This document shows, piece by piece, positions 49,064 through 58,641 of a DNA stretch of 64,000 nucleotides (the stretch's first letter is position 1; each line of letters opens with the position of its first letter). The DNA is from Bdellovibrio sp. GTDB lineage: Bacteria; Bdellovibrionota; Bdellovibrionia; Bdellovibrionales; Bdellovibrionaceae. The translations under genes were made by a program, and so were the position numbers. Under the pieces are notes generated by a model, which had not been told where the DNA came from, did no database searches, and worked only from the letters and a program-made list of their open reading frames with translations. Location of the stretch: NCBI GenBank assembly GCA_036676395.1, contig JAKFCY010000002.1, positions 2,336,001 to 2,400,000 on the forward strand, in the 5' to 3' direction.

Positions 49064-52000
49064 GTTGCAAACTCCAGGTGTACATTTTGTTCGAAAATAT
49101 CTTCGAACTTTACCTTTTGCTCAAACGGATAAATTACCGCAAGTCGGATGCGCTGGTCTTTGCTGACCATCCCCATCTGTTTTAAACAACCCGCGTAGGC
49201 TCGCAGTTGATCAAAGGCCTGTCTTAAGTATTTCGTGCTTCCTGTTTTATAGTCAAGAATATACAAGTCATCACCCACATACCCCCAGGCATCGATCTGC
49301 CCCTGAACCATACGAGTGTTATCTGCCGTTTTCACCTGTAGACCAAAACCCCATTCGACATGTCCGCGGTCGAATAACTCGCGTAAGTTTACTTCTTGTT
49401 GATCAATCAGCCATTGCAAGGCTTTGCGATCCACGTCTGACAGATTACGATCGATTTCACTAACTTGATTGTATTTTAACGACTCAAAAAACTTATGTAG
49501 GTCTGTTCCTTTTTGAGTTTTGTTGTACGCCTTAACCGTTTGCTCTGAAAGTTCTTCGGCTAATTGTTCTGGTTTTGCCGTGGTGGCTTCTTTTTCATAC
49601 GGAAGTTCTGCCGAAACCAGGCTCGTTACCCCTGCTGATACACGGTAGTCTTTTGCCATTTCAAGCGGTTTAAGATCGGCTGCTTGATTTTGGTTTTCTA
49701 AGGCTAGAACTTGTGGTTCTTCATTCATTTCTATGAACTCGACGCTGTATTTATCAGATTCGAATTGTTCTGGTGCCCAGTTGATTTTTTCTAACCAAGA
49801 ATTTTTCGGAGGATTTTTAGCCTGTTCGCGAATCATCGTTAATGAATCAATCGCACGGGTCATCGCCACATATAATACCCGGTCATTTTCTTCGCGAGCA
49901 CGGATTAAAAACTTTTGAAAAACCAAATCAGCCCAAGACGTCGCAAAACCTTTATCAAATTGTGGCAATTGCACTTTTAAAGAAAACTGTGCTGATTCTT
50001 CATCAAAAGTGAATACGTCAGTTCCGGAGTTTCTAACAGCTAAGTTAAAGCCGCTGATAATTACATGTTTAAACTGTAATCCTTTAGATCCGTGCACTGT
50101 CATAAGGGATACACGATTGGCTGCAAATAGTGGAACACCCTCGCCGTCTGATGATGATAAATCAGAATTAAACTGGGTCAGTTCGTTATTTACAAAATCA
50201 CTTAAATTAAAATCAGTACGCACTTCGTTTGCCATAACTGTTTGTAAGAACTTCCAGATATTGGCTTCGCGTAATGACGTCGGGTCGAAATAAGCTGAAG
50301 CATCTAAAAATACAGACTGATTGATAAAATAAAATATCGCTTCAGAAACGCCTTTTTCAAGATAGCACTTTTCGATCTCTTTTAAGTTTTGATAAACTGG
50401 ATGATTATTCCTTTTTAATTGTAACCAAAAAGAAGTCGTCGTCTCGTCCTGGCGCAATTCGATGATCTCTTGATCACTGATATTAAACCAAGGAGCTCTG
50501 CTTAAACGGATTAAGTTATGATTATCAAAAGGATTAATTAAAAAGCGCAGCAGCGCTAATAGATCGCCGACTTCAGATTTATCTTCAAAACCTTTAGAGA
50601 TCTGCACCTGCACCGGCAAGTTAAACTGATTGGCGTACTTTGCAAAATCTAAGATGTCAGAGTTTTTCTTAAATAAAACCGTAATGTCTGAAAAAGGAAT
50701 GCCTTTTTTATGTAAATTCATTGCTTGGGTCACAATTGAGCCATATTCATGCTCAATCGTGGTGATCAAGGTGGCTTCTGGAAAAGCGCGCGCTGTAAAA
50801 TCATCGCTTTTAGTTTGCATTGGCATAAACTGGCGCGAATAACCTTCAAAAAAATCATTCATAAATGACATCAATCTTGGGTGCGAACGGTAATTCTGCA
50901 TTTTTTGTGTCGTTACAAAACCCTGCTGATTAATTTCTTTTTCTTTATTGGTGAATACTTCTGATCTGGCTCCACGAAACAGATAAATACTTTGTTGCGG
51001 GTCGCCCACGATAAATTGAAATTTATCCTGCATCAACTGATTTAAGATTTTCACCTGCAACGGCGAAGTATCTTGATATTCATCAACCATAATAAAATCA
51101 AACTGCGACGCAAAAGCCTGCATCGCTTGCGGACTTTCAGTGATAATTTTCATCGATAACAGCTCAAGATCAGAAATCGACATTTCACCGCTATCAAGCC
51201 GTAACCGATCTATAAAACTTGCAGCTTCGCTAGCTAATTCAGAAAATAGCGTATTGATTTGATCTGCGACTTTTAAATACTGATCAAAACACATTGGCGA
51301 CAAAGGCTCTTTAAATATATCACCTATTGCATCATTTAGCTCTTCATCGATTTCGGCTTTTTTACTTAATCTGAACTTTGTCGGCTTGGTTTCATAAGCT
51401 TGCATTAGATCATCGTAATTCTGATCTAAGATTGCTTTTTTAACTGATTTCAAGAAATCAATATGCGGAAGCCATTTTTCTGGGTAGCTGTTTGCGCCAG
51501 CTAAGAATAGCTCTAAAGTTGCCAGCACAATTTGTTTTTCAATGTTTGCGGCTTGTTGCAATGTTGCTAGGCTGGCTGCTTTAAACATTGGATTTTCAAG
51601 CTTTAAGCTAGAGGCTTTTAATAACAACTGCATTAACTGATCAAATCTAAAATGATCCAGTAAGGTCTGATATTGCGGGTTTTTCTCGAATACGCCCTTG
51701 ATATGTTTTTTTAATGCAAAAAAGATTTTGTAATCATTCACTATAGTTAGATCTGCCGGTAAACCGATCGCTTCAGAATGCTGGCGTAAGAATAAATTTA
51801 GAATATTGTGAATAGTTCCAATTTGCACAAACGACTTTTTATTAAAGTACTGAAAAAGTTCTTCATCTTTGGTTTCAAGCGCTTCAATGATTAAACGCTC
51901 TTTAATCTCTTGCGTGGCTTTTTTCGTGAACGTTGTGATGATGATTTTAGGATAACGATTATTTTTAGCTTTAAACTGTTTCGCAAAAGCAATGCAAGTC

Positions 52001-52101
52001 GCAATTAAGGTTGTAGTTTTACCAGCGCCCGCACCGGCGCGGATGAATTGCACTTTATTCTGGGCTAGCGAAAAATCTATTTCAGGTTTTTGACTCGACA
52101 T
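49060..52101 (-). CDS. addA: AddA-type helicase-nuclease (UvrD helicase plus PD-(D/E)xK nuclease)
   Basis: AGAGAGKTT, VDEYQDTS, VGDPQQSIYLFRGA, MTVHGSKGLQF, LYVAMTRA, GQID...DYKTG; start taken as MSSQKP. Confidence 0.9.
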   Translation of the reverse strand: MSSQKPEIDFSLAQNKVQFIRAGAGAGKTTTLIATCIAFAKQFKAKNNRYPKIIITTFTKKATQEIKERLIIEALETKDEELFQYFNKKSFVQIGTIHNILNLFLRQHSEAIGLPADLTIVNDYKIFFALKKHIKGVFEKNPQYQTLLDHFRFDQLMQLLLKASSLKLENPMFKAASLATLQQAANIEKQIVLATLELFLAGANSYPEKWLPHIDFLKSVKKAILDQNYDDLMQAYETKPTKFRLSKKAEIDEELNDAIGDIFKEPLSPMCFDQYLKVADQINTLFSELASEAASFIDRLRLDSGEMSISDLELLSMKIITESPQAMQAFASQFDFIMVDEYQDTSPLQVKILNQLMQDKFQFIVGDPQQSIYLFRGARSEVFTNKEKEINQQGFVTTQKMQNYRSHPRLMSFMNDFFEGYSRQFMPMQTKSDDFTARAFPEATLITTIEHEYGSIVTQAMNLHKKGIPFSDITVLFKKNSDILDFAKYANQFNLPVQVQISKGFEDKSEVGDLLALLRFLINPFDNHNLIRLSRAPWFNISDQEIIELRQDETTTSFWLQLKRNNHPVYQNLKEIEKCYLEKGVSEAIFYFINQSVFLDASAYFDPTSLREANIWKFLQTVMANEVRTDFNLSDFVNNELTQFNSDLSSSDGEGVPLFAANRVSLMTVHGSKGLQFKHVIISGFNLAVRNSGTDVFTFDEESAQFSLKVQLPQFDKGFATSWADLVFQKFLIRAREENDRVLYVAMTRAIDSLTMIREQAKNPPKNSWLEKINWAPEQFESDKYSVEFIEMNEEPQVLALENQNQAADLKPLEMAKDYRVSAGVTSLVSAELPYEKEATTAKPEQLAEELSEQTVKAYNKTQKGTDLHKFFESLKYNQVSEIDRNLSDVDRKALQWLIDQQEVNLRELFDRGHVEWGFGLQVKTADNTRMVQGQIDAWGYVGDDLYILDYKTGSTKYLRQAFDQLRAYAGCLKQMGMVSKDQRIRLAVIYPFEQKVKFEDIFEQNVHLEFAT

Positions 52102-54785
52102 GTGTCTTCCCATTCGCATTTTTCGCAAACTTTTCTATCACGTGGTTTAACTGCGTAACTGTTCTTTTCAATACTGGTAAAGATATCTTTCATTTTATCG
52201 TGAAATGACGAATAAATTGCAGTTTGGGTTTCTGGCTCAATCAAAGTTTTTTTAGTGTATTCAACGTGATCTTTAAAAACATTGTCATTTGTCAGTAAAT
52301 AGCCATATTGCTGCTCTAGTGTTTTATAGAAATAATAAATGGCACCGACGTTTTTAATGCCGAACATCTGCTCAACCGCTAAAGAATACAATAACAACTG
52401 AAATTCTGAGTTATCTACCCATTTTTCAGCAAAGCTGGTGTCGCTTGATTTACTGGATTTATAATCGATGACCATCCCCTGCTGGGTCTTTTCATCGATG
52501 TCCAAACGATCCAGGCGTCCGCGAATCATAAAGTGTTCACCTTCGGGCTGAGTTTGGGTAAATTCGAATTTCACTAAATCGTAATAAACTTGCACGACCT
52601 CTTCGGTTTTATGGCGAAGAGATGTGAATGCGCTTAGACGAGCTTTTTCAACGGCGATAAACTTTAAACCGGTCGCGACTAATTTTTCTTTATGCGGCCC
52701 CCAAAAGACATCTAAAAACGGAAATAAATTTCTGGTCGTACGTTCTTTTTCTAAATGTTCTGATAATTCTTTTTCGCCAATTGTTAAATAGTTTTTATCC
52801 TGCACGATGAATTTGAACAGATCGTGAATCAGCGTGCCTTTTTGGCGCGGGTCAATTTCTAAACCCAGCTGATCAAACTGCTGCAGGCGAAACCCCTTAC
52901 GCGCTAAAAATTTAAATGAACATTGAGCGTAAGATTCTAAATCAGTCGGCGCTAAAGTTTTAAATTTAAGATTGGTGATCTCTAAATCTTCAGCCTTTAT
53001 TTCTAAATTTAATTTTCTTTTTAACTCTGGATGCTTATCTGGACTGAATTGCTGCTGTTTAATATCCACTAACGTTGCTGGATAATTTATAGCTTCAGGC
53101 TTTTTGTTATTTTCTAAAAAGAATAACGACGTCGTTAAGGGTTCACCTGTCGCCGACACATGCGCACAGGTAAAGTGCTGCTCTTTACACTGAGCCATCG
53201 CATACCAACGTAAGTTAAAATCAGCGTGTGATTCTTCAGGGTAATCTAGCGCTAGATCGAAAGTCTTTTTAAGCTCTTCGATATCTGCTAGCGGGATGAG
53301 CGACGTTTGTTTGCCTTTTAAACCAGATTCATCAAGCCCCACCCATAAGCGATGGGTGGCTTCTAACACTTGCGCCGAATTGATCGGAAGAATCTGAACA
53401 CCTGATTTTGTTGTCTGTTCAACTTTGATTTCTTTTTTTGCTAAGCGCGAGCTCAACAGTGTTAACCAATCAGATAGCCTTAGGCGCACATCTACTGTTT
53501 GCTGGATAAAATCTTTGATAATGCCTTGAAGAAGTTTTTTATGTTCTAAACTTTGATCAACGGTGATCCACGAATGCAACATGGCTACTAAAAACTGATC
53601 GCGCTTTAATTTTTCATCAAGATTAATCTTTTGATAAAACAGGTCTTTAGCTGAACCAAGTCTTGCAAGGTCTGCATCATCTAATAATTCAACAAAGGCT
53701 GCCTTAAACTTTTCAAATTGTTGTAAGTTCGACTGTTCGACATAACTTGCGTAAGACATTTCAAGCTTTGACCATGTTACATTTATGGTTTGCGCATGAA
53801 TCGTTGATAACCAGCGCTGAATCACGCCAAGACTAATCAGTGAACTGACAAGATCTTTTTGCGTGTGAATACCTTCTGCTTCTAGATGAAATTTTAAAAT
53901 CGGCCAGTAATCTTCAATACGTGGTGATAATACCAAGATGTTTTCTGGAGCGACGCCCTCAGTAATCCATTGGCGAATTCTTGTCGTGATATATTTAATT
54001 TCGTTAATTTCTGAATTAAAACGAATAAAATTTTGCGGCACTAATTTTTTAATCGCATCGGCAGTGCCGCCAGCAGTTGCTGTGGCAAAGCCGCTGTAAT
54101 CTTTGTAAGTGTTTAAAATGTAATGAAATTTATTTTTCCATTCGGGATCAGGCACCACAACTTCGATATGGTTATCGCGTGATAATGTATTTAAAATACC
54201 CATCTCTAAAGAAGTCATTTGCGAGCCTAAATCAAAAACCAATTTCTTAGACCAGACGATTTTTTCTAAACCCAATTTTTGTAAATAACTAACAATCCAG
54301 GCTGATTCGATACAGTTGTGTTCTTGCGCAATATAGTCTAAACACTTTTGCGCTAAACCGATCCATTTGCTCCACTGAGGCTTAATTTCTTTTTCTTCGA
54401 TCCAGTCAGCTAAGACTTCATGTGAATGGGGGTGTAATAACAGCGGGGCCAGGTCGCTGACGTACTTATAAAGCGTTTTAGCTTCGTGCGACTGAATATT
54501 ATCGTCTTCGCCATACAGTTCGATAAACTGGCCGATCAGAATCCGAATAAACTCACTGGATACGATTTGCGTGCTGGGTGAAAGCCTGCGCATCCACATT
54601 TTCCAAAAATCAGAAACGCGCAAGATGGCTTCATCCGAATAGAAGCCGTACTTATCAATGCACTGTTGTTGGATTTCTTGTTTTGATTTTAAATCTGAAA
54701 CCACCCAAGTGGTAGTTTGTGGATTGAATTCATTTAGTTTAATTCGAATATCGTCTGGATGTTTAACTACAGTGAATTCTAGCAT
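52077..54785 (-). CDS. addB: AddB-type nuclease subunit with Fe-S staple
   Basis: Inactive helicase-like N-terminus; YAQCSFKF, RGRLDRLD, IDYKS and C-terminal CEKCEWEDTC; adjacent to addA. Confidence 0.85.
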   Translation of the reverse strand: MLEFTVVKHPDDIRIKLNEFNPQTTTWVVSDLKSKQEIQQQCIDKYGFYSDEAILRVSDFWKMWMRRLSPSTQIVSSEFIRILIGQFIELYGEDDNIQSHEAKTLYKYVSDLAPLLLHPHSHEVLADWIEEKEIKPQWSKWIGLAQKCLDYIAQEHNCIESAWIVSYLQKLGLEKIVWSKKLVFDLGSQMTSLEMGILNTLSRDNHIEVVVPDPEWKNKFHYILNTYKDYSGFATATAGGTADAIKKLVPQNFIRFNSEINEIKYITTRIRQWITEGVAPENILVLSPRIEDYWPILKFHLEAEGIHTQKDLVSSLISLGVIQRWLSTIHAQTINVTWSKLEMSYASYVEQSNLQQFEKFKAAFVELLDDADLARLGSAKDLFYQKINLDEKLKRDQFLVAMLHSWITVDQSLEHKKLLQGIIKDFIQQTVDVRLRLSDWLTLLSSRLAKKEIKVEQTTKSGVQILPINSAQVLEATHRLWVGLDESGLKGKQTSLIPLADIEELKKTFDLALDYPEESHADFNLRWYAMAQCKEQHFTCAHVSATGEPLTTSLFFLENNKKPEAINYPATLVDIKQQQFSPDKHPELKRKLNLEIKAEDLEITNLKFKTLAPTDLESYAQCSFKFLARKGFRLQQFDQLGLEIDPRQKGTLIHDLFKFIVQDKNYLTIGEKELSEHLEKERTTRNLFPFLDVFWGPHKEKLVATGLKFIAVEKARLSAFTSLRHKTEEVVQVYYDLVKFEFTQTQPEGEHFMIRGRLDRLDIDEKTQQGMVIDYKSSKSSDTSFAEKWVDNSEFQLLLYSLAVEQMFGIKNVGAIYYFYKTLEQQYGYLLTNDNVFKDHVEYTKKTLIEPETQTAIYSSFHDKMKDIFTSIEKNSYAVKPRDRKVCEKCEWEDTCRVKNLK

Positions 54786-54802
54786 GCTTCCGATAGTTTA
54801 TA

Positions 54803-55915
54803 CTATCTTCGCTGCTGAAGTCGCCTTTTTTTTCCGTCGGTATTTGTTAACTTGAAGGCTGAATCGAAGTCTAAACTTAAACTTAAGCTCGCTTGGTAGC
54901 GCTCACTTGGAGTTTGACCCGCCGAAGCACCAAGCTCACCCGTGTATTTTGCCACATCAAGCTGCAAAAACCACAAATTCACACCTAAACCATAACTTAA
55001 ATAACCTTGATTATAACCAGCGCGAACATCAATTAAAGCAAAAGACAGTTCAGTTCCTAAGTGTAATTTTTTAGTGATATCGCCGGTATTCCGAATAAAT
55101 TTATACTCAAAGGCATTTGTCCAAGAAATAAAGCCAATTTCTTTTTCAGCAGCCACGCCGAACATTAAATTGTTTTCTTGGCGGTCTGGTCCGACGCTTT
55201 CAGTGGGAGTAAACTTAGTATCCCCCACGTCTTTCCACACAGTGGCGACATCGACATTCCATGATGAACCTTTAAAAGTATAAAGGGCTGATAAATCTAA
55301 CGCGTTTCCTTTACCTTTATTTAATAAATTGGCTTCGATCACATCCATCGCGTCTGAACCGATAAGACTGTTTACAAGAATATCTGCATTACCCTGCCAG
55401 CGTTTAACGTGGCGGCCGGCGATGCCTAATGAAAAATTATCTGTGATCGGAATGGCGCCACCCACTACATAAGCGTAGTCGCTGGTGAAATCCACATTAA
55501 ATGTTGGAAACGATGGATTATTAAATGACATTAAGATCGTGTTATTTGAATAACCACCGACGCCGACATACGGAATAACTAAGCCCGTGGACCCAGTCAC
55601 ATCAGAAAAAATTTGTTTTCCATATAATTCATTTACATCAGACTCATCAAATTCTTCTGAGCCAGACATACTATCTGCAAGATCAGCAGCGTTCGTTGAA
55701 ACCCCAGGACCAAAAGTAATAATATTTAAACTAAAGCCATTCACTCTGGCTAAAGCCGCCGGATTATTAAAAAGCGCATCTGTTCCGCGCGCAAACGCAA
55801 TACCGGTTCCACCCATTCCTAACGAACGCGTTGATTGCCCCATTTGATAAAGCTCAATCGCTAAACCTGGAAGACTTATAAATAATATAAAAAGTGGTAA
55901 TAATAGTTTCATCAT
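54803..55915 (-). CDS. Outer-membrane beta-barrel, TraF/PorV/FadL-like
   Basis: Signal peptide; STRSLGMGG...ALFNNPAAL N-terminal hatch motif; LHLGTE, VRAGYNQGY. Confidence 0.7.
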   Translation of the reverse strand: MMKLLLPLFILFISLPGLAIELYQMGQSTRSLGMGGTGIAFARGTDALFNNPAALARVNGFSLNIITFGPGVSTNAADLADSMSGSEEFDESDVNELYGKQIFSDVTGSTGLVIPYVGVGGYSNNTILMSFNNPSFPTFNVDFTSDYAYVVGGAIPITDNFSLGIAGRHVKRWQGNADILVNSLIGSDAMDVIEANLLNKGKGNALDLSALYTFKGSSWNVDVATVWKDVGDTKFTPTESVGPDRQENNLMFGVAAEKEIGFISWTNAFEYKFIRNTGDITKKLHLGTELSFALIDVRAGYNQGYLSYGLGVNLWFLQLDVAKYTGELGASAGQTPSERYQASLSLSLDFDSAFKLTNTDGKKRRLQQRR

Positions 55916-55921
55916 AACTCC

Positions 55922-56749
55922 TTACAGTGGGCAAGCCACCAAAAGATCACCCGGAGTGGCTCCAGGCTTATCACCAATACCATAGGTCGTCGTGTTTAAA
56001 AGATTGCGAATGGCAGTGCGCGTGTCTGCCGAAACATTGTCTTTATCAGTAACGGTACAATCTCCGCCTAAATCATTACATACTTCTACCGAATCATTCA
56101 AACTATCAAAAGAAGACGATCCCAACATTGAAGCTGACACATAAGCTAAGTTTGTTACAAAATAACCGTAACCAACAATGATATCATTCATCTGCTCATC
56201 CGTAACCAGAGTGTCATCACAAATCATATCTATTGAATCCATTTCGCCGCTGCCATTATTATCAGTACCATCTTTATCCGCATAAGCACGAATTGAGGCG
56301 CCCATTAAAACTAAACCGGTAATAGCACTAAAAGTATTTTGATTCGCCGTACGCACACCTGGTGCCCCCAAAGTATCAATTGTTTGTAGCGATAATAAAC
56401 AATATTCTGGCGCAGTTGGCACTTGAACAAACGGCTGCATCATAACATCAAAAACCGCAGTACTCGAACTATCTGCTAAAGCAGTAACATACTCGACAAA
56501 ATTAAATCCACATTTACCTGCATAAGCACTGGCTAATAATTCTTTGGCTGGTGCTGATGCTTGGGCAGATGCAGATAATTTATTTGTTAAAACATCAATC
56601 GCATAATCGAAGTCTTGATTATTATTCGCCTTGGTCGCTTCTTCGAAATAATATTCATCAGAAGTTTGCGAACCTAAACCGGACAGGGCGTTTGGCCCAC
56701 ACGAACTGATAAAAATACTAAGTATAATTATAGTAAAAATATTTTTCAT
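55922..56749 (-). CDS. Cys-rich acidic helical (TPR-like) lipoprotein
   Basis: Lipobox ISSC; LLASAYAGKCG helix; several further Cys. Confidence 0.7.
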   Translation of the reverse strand: MKNIFTIIILSIFISSCGPNALSGLGSQTSDEYYFEEATKANNNQDFDYAIDVLTNKLSASAQASAPAKELLASAYAGKCGFNFVEYVTALADSSSTAVFDVMMQPFVQVPTAPEYCLLSLQTIDTLGAPGVRTANQNTFSAITGLVLMGASIRAYADKDGTDNNGSGEMDSIDMICDDTLVTDEQMNDIIVGYGYFVTNLAYVSASMLGSSSFDSLNDSVEVCNDLGGDCTVTDKDNVSADTRTAIRNLLNTTTYGIGDKPGATPGDLLVACPL

Positions 56750-56750
56750 A

Positions 56751-57842
56751 TTAAAACCTTATTAAGATGCGGGTTGCGTACCTGCGGTCTTCGACGGGAT
56801 TTTCGGCTGTACCAATTTCTTCACCGTAACTTGAAATTTGCCAAGCAAAACGCTCGGATGAAATTTCAATTCCACCAGTGTAATAGTTTTGGTTCATGCC
56901 TGCTCGTAAGAAAAATAAATCTTTAAAATTAACTTCGGCGCCGATATGCAGACGTTTTGCTGAACCTTCTTCATCGCGCGAGTTTGTGGCATCACGGTAT
57001 TCAACTGTCCAAACGCTACGAATTTTGTTTCCATGAATCGGAAAAAGCGAAATCGCTGCATCTACAGATTGTTTGACTGTTGCCGGTTGTGATGTCGTTG
57101 TGGCACGCACACCATCACGTAAAGTAAATTCGGTATCACCAATATCATGGGCTACAACTGATAATGTCGGCACCCAATGAAATGGTAATTGCACCATCAC
57201 GGCTGCATCATAGGCAATACCTGAACCTTCAGCGGCAATTGTACCTAAATCAAATGGTCCATTTGTTGATAACGTGCCGCTGACAATTTCAATCCGGTTT
57301 AAAGCTTTGGCACTGGCGCCAATTTTAATAACTCCGCCGAAGAGTGAATGGTTCACTGCAAACACAGCTCCTAAATCATTTTGATAAAATGTATCCATCG
57401 AAGTTGTTGCCGTCGAACTGACAACTGCATTTAATTCATTACGATATAATATACCGAAGCCGAAATTCTTTGTGGTAAAACTTGGCGTGAATTGCGCTTT
57501 CGCGTGATAAAATTCGCCCGGATTCAGGGCTAACTGTTCAGCCATGTGTTCGACTTCTATGGCTTTAGTGAAGCTTCCCATACGCACGATATCTGTGAAT
57601 GTGCCTTGGCCTTCTAATTCAGGATCAATGATGGTACCAAAATAGCCGCGAATACTTCCAAGGTTTGCAGGATTTCTATATAAAGAAGTTTCATCACTGG
57701 TTACGCCGATCAGTGCACCACCCATGCCTAAGGCTCTGGTGTTTGTATAACCTTCAACCCATTCATTGGATGCAAAAACTGAGAATGGCATAATCATAGC
57801 CATCGCAAATACTGATAAAATTTTGGTACTTCTTGCACCCAT
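56751..57842 (-). CDS. Outer-membrane beta-barrel, TraF/PorV/FadL-like (paralog of 54803..55915)
   Basis: NTRALGMGGA...SLYRNPANL; LHIGAE; LRAGMNQNY; C-terminal Phe (ILIRF). Confidence 0.72.
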   Translation of the reverse strand: MGARSTKILSVFAMAMIMPFSVFASNEWVEGYTNTRALGMGGALIGVTSDETSLYRNPANLGSIRGYFGTIIDPELEGQGTFTDIVRMGSFTKAIEVEHMAEQLALNPGEFYHAKAQFTPSFTTKNFGFGILYRNELNAVVSSTATTSMDTFYQNDLGAVFAVNHSLFGGVIKIGASAKALNRIEIVSGTLSTNGPFDLGTIAAEGSGIAYDAAVMVQLPFHWVPTLSVVAHDIGDTEFTLRDGVRATTTSQPATVKQSVDAAISLFPIHGNKIRSVWTVEYRDATNSRDEEGSAKRLHIGAEVNFKDLFFLRAGMNQNYYTGGIEISSERFAWQISSYGEEIGTAENPVEDRRYATRILIRF

Positions 57843-57885
57843 AATATTAAGTTCCTTCTTAATGATTATCTCACCGTCTACTTAA

Positions 57886-57912
57886 CTATCGGTACAATAT
57901 GGCAGAACTTGA
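57886..57912 (-). promoter_or_regulatory. Putative sigma28/FliA promoter
   Basis: Minus strand TCAA-N15-ACCGATAG, upstream of the barrel-lipoprotein-barrel genes. Confidence 0.55.
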
Positions 57913-57950
57913 ATTAAATTGAGACACTTTGACTGGTTAAAAGGTCACAC

Positions 57951-58553
57951 CTAAGTCGGGTTTTGAGTCAGCCTGGCTACTAAGTTAAAAACTTGTAAAC
58001 TTAGGTCTGCGTTGGTGGTCGAATTATCTAAACAATGATGCGAGCGGTGAATTTTTTCTGACATTGGCAATTGCGCGTTAATACGGGCTAAAGCCTGGGT
58101 GTGAGTCAGATTATTTCGAAGCATAATACGTTCAACCTGCGTTGTTATCGGCGCGTACACTAAAACGATCTGATCAAATTGGGCTTCTAGTTTTTTTTCA
58201 AATAATAAGGGCACGTCATAAAAACATAGCGCTTCGCCTTTAGCTTTATAATCGGTTTTACGGTTTTGCACTTCAGCTTGAATCAAAGGGTGTAAGATTT
58301 GTTCTAACTGCAAAAGTTTTTCTGGATTATTAAAAACGATGTCGCCTAATTTTTTGCGATCAAGACTTTGGTCAGAGTTTAAAAGATCGCTCCCAAAATG
58401 AGACACAATACTTTGGTAGCCTAGACCACCCACTTGGGTGATTTCGTGCGAAATCAGATCTGCGTCAATCACCGGAATGTTTAACGCGACTAAACTATTT
58501 TTGACTGTAGATTTGCCGGTTGCGATACCACCAGTTAAGCCTATCCATTTCAT
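57951..58553 (-). CDS. coaE: Dephospho-CoA kinase
   Basis: IGLTGGIATGKS, IDAD, LDRKKLG, HPLI, DVPLLFE. Confidence 0.96.
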   Translation of the reverse strand: MKWIGLTGGIATGKSTVKNSLVALNIPVIDADLISHEITQVGGLGYQSIVSHFGSDLLNSDQSLDRKKLGDIVFNNPEKLLQLEQILHPLIQAEVQNRKTDYKAKGEALCFYDVPLLFEKKLEAQFDQIVLVYAPITTQVERIMLRNNLTHTQALARINAQLPMSEKIHRSHHCLDNSTTNADLSLQVFNLVARLTQNPT

Positions 58554-58605
58554 ACTGAGTCATCCTATACCTATGTCTATATCATGAATTTGAAACATCT
58601 TTTTG

Positions 58606-58633
58606 TAAAGGTAAGAGTACAGATTGCCGATGA
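58606..58633 (+). promoter_or_regulatory. Putative sigma28/FliA promoter
   Basis: TAAA-N16-GCCGATGA, ending 8 nt before the kinase ATG. Confidence 0.6.
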
Positions 58634-58641
58634 TGACATAG

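Noticed and set aside
54803..57842. Conjugative element suggested by TraF-like barrels
   Set aside because: No relaxase, VirB4/VirD4, integrase or att sites; flanked by core genes addAB and coaE.
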